From the NCBI GenBank assembly GCA_023231475.1, contig JALJEE010000252.1, positions 55,310 to 75,309 on the forward strand: 20,000 nucleotides of DNA, given 5' to 3'. The position numbers and the translations under genes were made by a program. This DNA comes from Seison nebaliae. Taxonomy: Eukaryota. The notes under the pieces are model-generated. The model saw only the letters and a list, made by a program, of their open reading frames with translations, was not told where the DNA came from and ran no database searches. Positions within the stretch are counted from its first letter, which is position 1, and every line of letters begins with the position of its first letter. Below, piece after piece: positions 1 through 11,300 of this stretch.

Positions 1-16
1 TATCTAATATAAAAGA

Positions 17-607
17 ATGTCGTCCGAAGCCGTAACAGAACCAGTCGTCTCAACTGTAGAGCCAAAAGATGAGGAGATGGATGTTCAAGAACCAGAACCA
101 ATTCCAGACAAAAAACCAGATGAAATGAAACCGACTCTTGTTGAAATTTCAACTGAACCTTCTGCACCAGCACCTGAAGAAGAAATAAAAGATGACACAA
201 ATGAAAAAATGGAAGATGCTCCTGCTGCAGGTGATGGTTCTGACATAGTTGGTGAGAATGGAATAAAATCTGATGAAATTAGTAATTCGAATCAGGGAGA
301 ATCGAATGAGACTGAAGATGCTACTATTCAACCAGCAGATTCCAGTCAACCTCCATCCAATGCCGAAATAAGTGCAGAAGCAGCTAAAGCTGATAGACCA
401 AAAATCGGCCCATTGCCTATTGGTATTAATCAAGGAAGAAAATCGAAAGCAGAAACTGTGGCAACATGTACGAGAACATATTTAGATGCAACTATCGTTC
501 CCGCTCTCTTACAAGCATTGACAGCATTAGTAAAAGAACGTCCACAACGTCCGATTGAATATATTGCTGGATTCCTTATGAAGAATCGTCATCGATTTGA
601 GAAATAA
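17..607 (+). CDS. dpy-30: Dpy-30 motif protein (COMPASS/SET1-MLL subunit-like) with a long acidic, probably disordered N-terminal extension; intronless
   Basis: The C-terminus TRTYLDATIVPALLQALTALVKERPQRPIEYIAGFLMKN matches the Dpy-30 dimerisation motif as I recall it (TRxYLDxTVVPxLLQxLxxLxKERPxxPIExLAxYLLKN). The first ~145 aa are E/D/P/S-rich. Confidence 0.9.
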   Translation: MSSEAVTEPVVSTVEPKDEEMDVQEPEPIPDKKPDEMKPTLVEISTEPSAPAPEEEIKDDTNEKMEDAPAAGDGSDIVGENGIKSDEISNSNQGESNETEDATIQPADSSQPPSNAEISAEAAKADRPKIGPLPIGINQGRKSKAETVATCTRTYLDATIVPALLQALTALVKERPQRPIEYIAGFLMKNRHRFEK

Positions 608-805
608 ATTTTAGAAGATTTTCCAATTGAAACGTTAATGTCCAATTATGAAAAAGGAATTGGAATAACATAAATTTTCTGGGTACAAACCTTATTAATT
701 TTTTTTTAAATTTTCATTAAAGGATATAAGACATTTCGATTTATTTTAATTTTTTAAGTAAACTCTCTTATAAAAGATCTTTCTTTTTTTTTCTCAATAC
801 TTTAT

Positions 806-1330
806 TCATCGAAATATAAATAACCAAAATATGCTGAAGTTGACCTTTAGAGTGAACGATGAGAGTTCTCTTCTCATTCTATCTAACATCGATGTAGAAT
901 ATAATTCCATTTCAGGATAATCCATTTCAACAGGTAATTTTTGGATCTCGTCTTGATCCTGGTTCTGTATAAAACATATTTCCAATATATCGCACAACTT
1001 TTTTCTTTTTCTTCGGTGTTGTACAAATTTGAATTTGATCTATTGATGATGGTTGGGAAACAGGATTCTCATTTCTTGGTGGCGTTTTCTCCACTTCGAA
1101 ATTAAATATTTGAACGGACGGTTCAGATGAGAAATCTATCAAAATACATTTAATCGGTAAAATTATCTTAAAAATTAACTTTCGCCTTTTAATTGTTGTT
1201 CTTCGAGTAGTTCGATCCGTTCGTTCTTTTTCACCCACAACCAAAGGAGTCGACCTGCAACCAACAAGAATACTGCAATGAGAGGAATGATTGTGATGAG
1301 GAATAGATATGTATCATTACGTAAAGCCAT
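806..1330 (-). CDS. Small single-pass membrane protein, spliced, unknown function
   Basis: ATG at 1330 gives MALRNDTYLFLITIIPLIAVFLLVAGRLLWLWVKKNERIELLEEQQLKGE (hydrophobic helix, then KK). A phase-1 44-nt intron 1179..1136 (GTTAAT...GATAG) joins it in frame to the 927..1244 ORF (FSSEPSVQ...). The 3' end is uncertain: either the stop at 927, or a 34-nt intron 998..965 (GTTGTG...ACAG) leading into the 806..997 frame (NQDQDEIQKLP...). Confidence 0.6.
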
Positions 1331-1651
1331 AAAGAAGTGAATTAAAAGAAACTGAAAAAAATAATGTCGAAAAAAATTATGGAGGGTGAAATGAAATATG
1401 AAAAGAAATTTCTACTTCTCTTACTTTTATTTACTGGTATGACAAATTGCCAAAATTTTCTGTTAAATTTTCTTTCTCAATTTGATCAGATTGAATTATT
1501 GCTCATGGAATTAAGTGTTTATTATTTTAAATTGATTCAAATATATATGAGAGAAATACGACAAGTAAAAAAAAGGAATTGGAAATTTTTACTCATTCTT
1601 AATTTGATTATTCGTGTTGAAATAATTAATTTTTTGCTTAACTGAAATTCG

Positions 1652-1891
1652 TTAGACAAAGAGAGGAACATCTCGTTTTAAAGGATCGTTAATCCATTCC
1701 TGGTGTTTATGATCTGGATTATATTCCAAATCTTCAAGTTCCGCATTTTCTAATAATCGATAATTGAATGGATCGTTATCTCGATCCGTCAATATCATAT
1801 AGAAAGCAACAAGAGCAAATATGATGATACCGAAAGCAGCTCCTATCAAATTGAAAATGATTATTCCTTCCTTCCAATTAAATTGCCACAT
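1652..1891 (-). CDS. 79-aa single-pass membrane protein, unknown function
   Basis: ORF with an N-terminal hydrophobic segment GIIIFNLIGAAFGIIIFALVAFYMIL followed by a polar/acidic tail. It is more GC-rich than its flanks. The ATG is directly preceded by an acceptor-like TTTTATAAG, so an upstream exon is possible. Confidence 0.6.
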   Translation of the reverse strand: MWQFNWKEGIIIFNLIGAAFGIIIFALVAFYMILTDRDNDPFNYRLLENAELEDLEYNPDHKHQEWINDPLKRDVPLFV

Positions 1892-2493
1892 CTTATAAAA
1901 GATTATAAGTAATATTTAACGGACGACCTTAATAATGGTGAATGAATACTTATGAATCAAACGTCGAAAAGTGAACGAAAAGAAGAAATAAAAGTGTTAA
2001 AGTTGAAACCAAAAGTGAAGGGATATACAATAAAAACTTAAAGTAATCGGACACTTTTGCGTTTTTATAATAACTATGATATCATTTGTGAAGGTGGATA
2101 TCATAAAATAGCATTCAATCTCTTGAAGATAGTGGAAAAAAGTCTGAAAAAAATAAAATATTTCATGCATTAATAGAGCATAAGAGTTCATTTTTCTTTG
2201 TTCCGCACGTTTCGAAAATGTTGTTTAAAATTTTTGCTCTTCTAAATCAAAAAAAAGTATTATGTCTATATTGTAGAATATGTTCAATTACATTAGAACA
2301 ATAAAAACTGACAAAAAAGAATAAAAAATGACGTAATTATTGAGAATTTTTTAAAAGTGGTAGATAATTTAGGAGATAAAATTAGTTTAATTGAAAGAAT
2401 AAATTATTATTTATCGTAGAACTGTTCAAAATAAATTATTTTGGGAATATTGTGAAGATTATTTAGATAATATATTCCATATTTCTTCCAATT

Positions 2494-2763
2494 TTATGCT
2501 TCATCCTCATCTGAGGTTGGTTCCCTACCTTCTAAATTTTCTGCTTGGTCAGATTTTCTAACTTTATGTTGGGGGTTCTTTGTTGGGGTGTCATTTATCT
2601 TGATCTGACGATGTTTATGATGTTTTTTTAATTTCCGATTCGAACTTTTCGAACTAAATACCGAGACCATAATGATGAATATGATAACAACTCCCACCAT
2701 CGTTAAACTGAAAATAGTCGTAGCACCAAACACTGCGTCAGCATTATCTAGGATCATGAGCAT
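2494..2763 (-). CDS. 89-aa single-pass membrane protein with basic then acidic tail, unknown function
   Basis: Hydrophobic segment IFSLTMVGVVIIFIIMVSVF is followed by a positive-inside cluster (KSSNRKLKKHHKHR) and an acidic end (SDEDEA). Composition differs from the AT-rich flanks. Confidence 0.65.
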   Translation of the reverse strand: MLMILDNADAVFGATTIFSLTMVGVVIIFIIMVSVFSSKSSNRKLKKHHKHRQIKINDTPTKNPQHKVRKSDQAENLEGREPTSDEDEA

Positions 2764-2964
2764 TTTTCAATAGGTTAATTAAACAAAAAGAAAATTTGAA
2801 CGAAATTTGATTGTGATTCAGTTTGGAAAAATAACTCAATTCAATATAAATCAAAAAGAAAAAGCCGAAACTGAAAGAGTTTTTATTCATAGAAAATTTG
2901 ATTGTTCCATTTAGTTCATAATGAACGAGAAAAATTTAATTATTTCTTATTAAAAAAAATGTCA

Positions 2965-4541
2965 TTAAGAAATACAAAAGTTAATTGATGAATTATCTTC
3001 TGAATCTTTCACCTGTCTATTTGTTCGGTTGAAGAATATTCCACATAGAAGCATCGCCGCTCTCAGGACGATTTGGTGTTTTAGGTATTGAATTTCTAAA
3101 TCTTCCATTCTTTTTTTTTGATAAGGAGAATAAACGATTATTTTCTATAATATAATGGAATTTAAATTAATACTAACATTTGCACTTACGTTCTTGTGCA
3201 AATCTTGTGAGCCAGGAACTATATGGAAGATTTTAAAGAAATAAGAAAAACAATAAGAATTTAACGAATTCCTTCAGTGTCATCACGAGTTGGCGTGTAC
3301 ACTTTTCTCCCATACCGTTTCTTCTCATCAGGCGATAAATCTTTAACAGATTTTTGTGTATTCTGATTATATTCGGTTTCATACTGAGCCGGACCATCAA
3401 AATGCTTCGACCATTGTTGCTTTTTCATCTCTACTTTCTTCCCTAAAAAATGTTCTAATCGATGATCAAATAAAATAATAAAATTATCAAATAAAAAATT
3501 ACCGTCAATTTCATATCGATTAAAAGCAGTTCGTCTAGAATATCGTGTGGCGGGTGCAGTCTTATATGGACTGTTTATTAATTGATTCGGATTATCCAAA
3601 TTTTGTTGTTGCATCGCTGCTTGCTCATCGATGAATTTGGATGGAGTCTGATCATTTACTATTTGATCTCGACTAATTGCTTTGGACAGAGAATGATGAC
3701 TATTCTCTCGATTAATAAAACTTTGGTTACTTTGAGATTGTGGAATCTGTTGTTGTTGATCATGAATTTGTTGTTGTTGGTCATGAATCATCTGTTGTCG
3801 TTGTTGTTCATCAATCATCATTTGTTGTTGCTGTTGTAGATATTCTTGTGGCGGTTGTTCCCCCATCATTTGAGGATGACTCTGATGATCTGACATTTGC
3901 TGTTGCTGTTGTTGTTGTTGTTCCAACAATTGCTTTTGATTCTCGTAATAAGCTTGTTGTGCAGCTAAATTCTCTCGTTGTTGCATATAAGCTTTCTCGT
4001 CTTGTTGTATTTGAGAATTTTCATATCCAATACGTTCTTGGGCAACTTGTCGTCGAAGTTGATCCTCATAATTATTCTCATATTGACTATTTTCAGGTTG
4101 TGAATGAAGATAACTATGACTGTGAAGTTCCTCATTATTCCGTTCTCCAACCTTAAATGGACATTAATAATAAATTGTACTTATAAGAAAAATAATCGAA
4201 AAAAACTGTGTTAATGGGCGCCATTACCGTAGCAACATTCGAAGAAATATTTCCCATATCAGATGTATGAGGTTTATTCCGTGGTTCGAGTCTTTCTTCA
4301 ATCGATTTGTCCATCGAACCGACGGGGTTAGACAGAATTGATTTAACCGAATCATCCCCAACATTTGGATCAATAATACGGAAAGTGTTCGGACTATAAA
4401 ATTTCCAATGAGAATCAGTATTATATTCAATAATTAGAATTATGGTTATTTTAAGCAGAAATAGATTGAAAAAAACCGATATTGGGAGTTGACCTGTCTT
4501 CGATGACTTACCTCAGAGATGTTGGAAAATGGTTTATACAT
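2965..4541 (-). CDS. Gln-rich low-complexity protein of unknown function (about 428 aa, 6 predicted exons)
   Basis: Manual model: exons 4541-4477, 4393-4207, 4151-3503, 3442-3266, 3218-3190 and 3144-2965, joined by GT-AG introns of 83, 55, 60, 47 and 45 nt that keep the frame. It includes the poly-Q ORF 3261..3986. The last exon is ambiguous because a second open frame stops at 3017. Confidence 0.7.
3745..3925 (-). repeat. CAA/CAG poly-Gln coding microsatellite tracts
   Basis: Several (TTG/CTG)n runs on the + strand encode Q-runs and HDQQQQI repeats in the minus-strand gene. Confidence 0.85.
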
Positions 4542-5319
4542 TGTTCAACTTATAAGGATTAAATAGAATTCGGAAGATGCTATACGAAATTATGATTGTC
4601 GGTTTTTTAACAACGTAACGATAACAACTGTATCAACGGCGCTCAAAAGATAAAACATGAAATATACTAAAGAATATTGGTTTTCAGTGATTAATTTTAA
4701 ATTTTAAGTTTATTTAACAATTGTTTAATTTAAGTAAAATTATTTTTATATGCTTGATTTTTAAAATTAAATGCTAAGTCGACAAATGGATAGTTCAACA
4801 AAGGAAAAAACAATTTAAACGATGCATATTCACTGATTACACGATATAAAAAGAATGTGTTCATTCGAAAACTTCTATTGTTCCTTCTCATTTTGAATTT
4901 TTTATAAATATTTTCTTAAAATTTTCCTTTTTCATGCTAATTCTCACCCTTCTTCCACTTCCCTCGCATTTAAATTACGGTTGTGATTCTCTATCACTTC
5001 TTTCATGATCTTCATTTCATGATCGTCAATTTCTGTAAGGAAACGATTTAAGTGAATGACGTTTATTTAATTTTTGGACTGATGTTAAATAATTATTATT
5101 TATAAACAGCTTCCGTTTTAAGTTTTATTGACTGCCATTTTGAGTGATGATTGTTTATTTACTTTCTTATTTATAATTGGAAAGTTAAAATTATTTCAAA
5201 ATTACTTTTCCTCAAAATTTCAATTAGACCATCACTTAACTCTCTTTGTTTTATCTTCAATTGTCTTGGTTTAAATTTAGCCAATCAATCCTTCCCCGCA
5301 TATACATTGATGAGGTATT

Positions 5320-8300
5320 ATGAATGAAGGAGATGAACGGTTTACTCTTTTAATTGAGACATTGAATCTTCTTCACTAATTTCTTATTTTGAACAAATAG
5401 AGATTTGAATCATTCGTCGAAATCTAAAGACGAACAAGAAAGAGAAGAGAACGAGGAAGGCATTACACCGAATAAAAGTTCTATTTTTCTTCCTTTCACA
5501 TCATCTTCATTTCAGAATCATGACATAATCAAAATTTTCCATTTTAATTTTGACAGTTGCACGATTAGAAATTAAATCAATTGATTCATCAGAAAACAGT
5601 TGGATTTTAATTAATTGGATCTTCTTTAAAATCTTTTAATTTATTGATTTAGATAACAATTTAAGTAAAGTCTTTTCTGTTCCATTTGCGAGAAGTACTG
5701 TTGAGGTAGGACCGAGTGTTGGTGGAGCGAAAGAGTTAAAAATGGACAAGGATGCAGAAATGTTGCGAGCGATCAATTCAGGTATCAGTCAATTAATTGA
5801 AATTCTATTGAAAATAACGCCAACACATATACTTCGTGAGAGTGTACGTGATAAAGCAGGTTCTTCTTACAATTATCATTATTTTTTCTTTATATATTTT
5901 TAAATTAAAAGATGAAAATGATTATTATGATTATGAAGAATATGATGATGAGGAGGAGGATGATGAAGAAGACGAGGATAATATTGAAGATGACGTAGAA
6001 GAGGAGGAAGATGATTATATACATGAAGAAGAGGAAGATATAGTACATCCAGATGATGATATGGATGATGAGATTTGTGGAAGTGAAGATTTCCATAAAT
6101 TATTGGCACAACATTTCACAGCGGAAGAAGATCTAATTGGTGAAGAAATTGAAGAAGGAGAATATTCGACATCGACTGAAGGAGAAGGTGGAACATTAAG
6201 TTTAACATTAGAAGAACAAGAGAAAAAACAATATCATTCTATCGCAATTACGAATGTTCCGAAATCTGAACCGAAGTCTATGACAACAACATCACAAGTT
6301 GAGGAGTTAGTTGTGACACAACCAAGTAAACATTCGACGAATGGACCAACCTCCAATTTATCGAATTTAGTGAAGAAATTTAAAGAGTTTAAAGAATCGA
6401 AAATTTCGGGAAAACCAAAAGAGTCAACGGAGAATAAGAAGGAAAAGACGAAAGATGATGGAAAGAATGAGAAGAGAACGGCAGGTTATTGGCAGAATCG
6501 GAAACTGGATATATTGAAGAATTCGAAAAATCTTCGTACCGAATATGTTTTAATGGACGGTCGGGCACCTCGTCGTGTCTTGGAGTTTGCAAAACCGAAA
6601 ATGAAATGTAAATCACCAGCGAAATTATCAAAAATTAATGAGAAATTTGTATTTAGTCGAACTGATCGTGATCAAGCTCTTGGTGAATTATCTGGCATCG
6701 TTTTAATGGGAGATGAAGAATCATTACAAGGATTACCATGTGATCTTTTGATGTGTACGTTGAGATATTATATGAATTTTGATATTGATACAGATGCAGA
6801 ACATTATCGTGATGCATTGAGATTGAAGAAAGGTCAACAGAAAGAGAAGAAAGATGATGGAAAAGATACTACGTCAACTGATGGAGAAGATATTCATACA
6901 CAATTAATTGTTGATATGTTGGCATTATATCCAGAGAAAACAATTGATGAGATTCATCGAATTTGTTCATTGAATGGTAATTCAAATGAGATTGCCACAT
7001 CATTGCAAGTTCGAGCAGTAACATGTTTGGTGAATGTGTTGGAAGCATATCCCAGATCGATGTCTTTCATTCATATGATAATTAAAGATCTTGTGGTGAA
7101 ATTGGATCATCCAGACGCTTATTTGAATGAGCAAATCATCTCCATTTTAGACGCATCGTCAAAAAAATATGGTGAGCAAATTCTACGTACTAATGGAGTA
7201 ATTAATTGTTTGAAATATTTGGATTTCTATCATTTAGCGACGCAGAAGAAAGGATTTAATTTGATAGCGAATTGCGTGTTAAAAATACGTCGCATCGAAG
7301 ATTATCCATATGTGAGGAATTGTATTCCAATTCTCGTTCAACGTCTCATCAATCTCATCAATCAAGCGACAGCAATTCATTTGGAATATGAAAATAATTT
7401 TCCAACGGATAAATTGGAGAAGTTTGAAATGAAACGTATAAATTGTGCAGAAGAATTGATGGATACACCTCGAGCCTTATCAGAGAATGATTATTTGACG
7501 AATTTGGATCATATCATTCAAACTATTTGTACGATGATTGTTCGATTCTATTTCTTTTATCAGTTTGGAAAGAATGAGAAAGAGAAAAATGATCGAGAGA
7601 AAATAGTTTTGGAGATTTTGAATGTTCGTAAAATTGAGAATGATGGAAAGATTTCTTATAATAATAATGTCGTTCATCTCCTTTTTAAATTGTTAACGAT
7701 GAAACAATTGAATAAATTTGAGACTAATCAATCCACCAACAATTTCATCCAACAAAAATCTTTCACCAATATCATTTATACGTTGAGAGTCATCATGGAA
7801 TTTGCATCATCTATCGATGATTCTTCTCTATTGAATGACATCATTTTTGGAATTACGTCGATGGATAGTGACGAATCGTCCACATTGAATATGAGAGAAT
7901 ATTCGATTTATGATATTATCCTCCGTTTATTAATTCAAGATTTTGACAGATCGTTCAATCCATTAAATATCAATTTCCAATCAATGGATATAGATAATAA
8001 ATTTGATCGAAATGAATTTCATAAGAATTATCTTCCCAATTTATGTGAGAGATCAAATAGAATGAAATCCACCGAAGAATTATCATCAGAAGATTTGAAC
8101 ATGATAAGTGATTTATTAGAGACATTACTTCCTCCATTATCATTCACAAATGGGAAGACGAATGGCGTTTATACATCAATCATCACTCGAGGAATTGAAC
8201 AATTCTCCAATAAATTCAATGTCGATCTTCTTTATTCAATTAATACAAATACAATCGATGAAAATGGCGATGAGAAAATGGAGGAATGTAATGATAATAA

Positions 8301-11300
8301 AACTCCATCTGAAATTATTGATTCATTCATAAATCAACAAACAACAACAGGAAGAGGAAGAGATTTGAAGAAATATGTGAAATTGTCTCAATTTCATTCA
8401 AATTTGGATAAAGTCGATTTTAATACATTACCAATCGAATTATTTGAGAAATATAATAATGATTTAATGAAAGTAATTAATCATTTGACGAATGATGAAA
8501 CAACGAAAATTTTCTCCATTAATCGATGGTTGACATTCTTTCAAATGAATACGTATCATGTCAATCAGAAGAGTATTTTCGATATTTTAAAATTATTATT
8601 TGCTGAAATCAAAAGGATGGATGAGGAAAGAAAAGAGAATTATTCCAAATTACTCAAATTAACTGGAGTAAGTGAAGGAGTGAAAGAAGATCAATCGAAT
8701 AATTTGGATAAGATAAGATGGTTTGTGAAAATCGATGAAGAATGGATAGAAGTTAATCGGGAAACGACAGATTTCTTCGAAAAGTTTTATCTTGGAACAA
8801 TTGAGAAATCTTCTCTAATTCCTATGGATCAATTGAAATTGATTAATGATGAACCGTTTGCACCGAACGATTTGTCAATTCCAAATGTCGATCAAAAATC
8901 TTTATTATTATCAGGTAAATCAATGACGAAACCATTCGAATTGAAAAGAGAATTAATTGACGATAAAATGTCAATTAGAGAATCGTCGATGGAAGAGGAG
9001 AGTTGTAGGTCTGATGAGAAATATCATCATTTGAAAATGATGAAGAAAGATGTGCTAGAGAGATGGATGAAGAGAACACTAAGCAATAATGTGGATATTC
9101 GAATGAAACTGATTAATAGAGATCATCCATTTTTCTTGAGATTCCTCTATCTTCTCTTCCCTCATTTTTATCGTTTACTCATTTGTTGTAATGAGAATGG
9201 TCGAAATTTGAAATCTTCACAGAATGAAATTGGTGTAATGGATTCGATTGTGAAATTGAAAGGAGATGTTATGAAAGAAATGAAATTATATAATTTAGTT
9301 AGTTCTGGTGGTTTGCCTGGACCGGCGTCGAAAAGATTATGGAGATTATTACCTCATTATATGAACGGAAATAATTTAGATGTTAAAATGACGAAAACTT
9401 CATTGCAATTGAAAGCATTGCGAATACTCATTCGAATTATTACGATGTTGCCAGTGGAACATGTTAAATGTTTATTGGCGAATCATGACATTTGTACTGA
9501 TCTCGTTTATCTTTTATCCTCCACAAAAGATCAGAAACAATTGGATGGGAAATTAGAATTACATATCGTCACATTACAATTGGCGAAAGTGTTATTACAA
9601 AAATTGCCATATATGTTCCTCATTCAATTCCATCGTGAAGGATTCTTGCATAAGTTGAAAGAATTATATGAGACGAAATTATCACTCATCTTTTATATCG
9701 ACAGTGAATTATCGACAGTGGATTCCAATCATCGATCATATGTTCGTCGATCATTAGACGATTTGTTGAAATCGTTTCATGAATTTCAACCTTTTGATGA
9801 ATTTAATGATAAATTATCATTATTTTCCGTTTTCAATCAAAATGGATTATTTCGGGAGACATGGGAATCCGCCAACATCTGTCGTGAATTAGTCTTCATT
9901 GCCAAACATATTTGTCATTGGCAATTATATCAAATAAAAGACATTCATCGATTATTCGTCAATCTTCAATCGATGATGATGGACAATTCGAATACATCAT
10001 ACGACGTTCTTACTGATATCATTCGTTTATCCAATTCGATGAATGATTCCCATAAGAAGATTATGGACAATGATTGGCAATTTACTTTAGTCAATTTGGA
10101 AATGAAAACATACAAATTTAAAGATACGGATGATCGTCGAATACAAATCAATGAATCGATCGTAAAGAATACGGAAGAAATTCGAAAGAATTTTCATGAA
10201 TTCGCAAAAATTTTAAATGAAACTAAATTGTCGATGTTCGAAATGCAACAATCGAACATTATTCCAATTCTCTTAAATATATTAACGGAACCGGATATTA
10301 TTATGAAATCGAGATTGATTTCCATTTATGAATTATATTTACAATCACTTCTCTTCCAAGAGAAAGCACAAGAATTCAATGAAACACCATCAGATCTGAT
10401 GAAAACGATTTTCCATAATTTCTATAAGAAAATCGGTATTGGTAAATCGAAATTATTCTCACGTCTCTGTTCTCTTTATAATCAATGTATTGAAATGATA
10501 AGTTCTCGACAGAAGTTAAAGTCGGAGAATGATCAGAAATTTGAAGATGTTCTCCAATTTTTAGGATTTGAAGAATCGATGGAAATTATCGAGTTTTTAA
10601 ATAAGAATGAATATGAGAGTTTGATTGAGAAGCAGAATATGTTGAAACCGTTAATTATTGAAGAATTCTTTGACATTCTTCAACATTATCCAAATGCTTA
10701 TAAATGTCTCATTGACATGTTACATGATGTGTTGCAACGAAATCCTATTCATAATTATTGTGGGAAATCGTTAACGAAAGAACAAGAATTACAAAATCGA
10801 TATTTACTTATAAATCAAAAATTTCCTTCATCATCTCGTTCTGGTCTTCATCGAACACCTCATCCATTTGGAGATCGTGGGAAAATGAGTGGAAAAGACA
10901 AAAGATTTGAGAAGAGGCGTTCTCTCATTTTAAATGAACAAAAAATCAAAGATTTCCCATCAACAACTGTCCTTATAAAAAATGATGGAAATTTAACGAC
11001 AATTAATGAATTGTTAAAAGGAAAACAAAAGATAAATGAAGATCAATTAGTCGTGTTGGAATTGCATGAGATGAAAGAGATTGAAGAAGATTCAACTATG
11101 AAGAATATCGATAGTCAATTATATAGTTGTAATCATGGAGAAGAGATGCAATCGATTTTATTATTAATCGATATCAATTGTCGATTGGAACATCTTCATC
11201 GATATATTGGGAAAACATATAATTTGTCAATGGAACAGAATCAGTTCAATAAGAAAGTGAAAGGTAAAGGGAATAGTAAATCGCAAGGGAATCATCTTTC

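Noticed and set aside
1364..1645. 93-aa + strand ORF
   Set aside because: Extremely AT-rich, L/I/K/F-biased and motif-free; probably intergenic noise.
1952..2191. ORFs on both strands, including a + frame with one internal TAA that might suggest stop readthrough or an altered genetic code
   Set aside because: No motif support. TAA terminates the bona fide genes and the 9-kb exon has no in-frame stops, so the standard code fits.
3582..4156. Hydrophobic + strand ORFs
   Set aside because: Antisense shadows of the CAA-rich Gln gene.
5836..5911. Track start [22 protein letters not shown] looks like a signal peptide or TM segment on the ligase
   Set aside because: The start codon is GTG and the hydrophobic part is translation of the T-rich intron 5860..5911. 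Upstream exons splice in frame.
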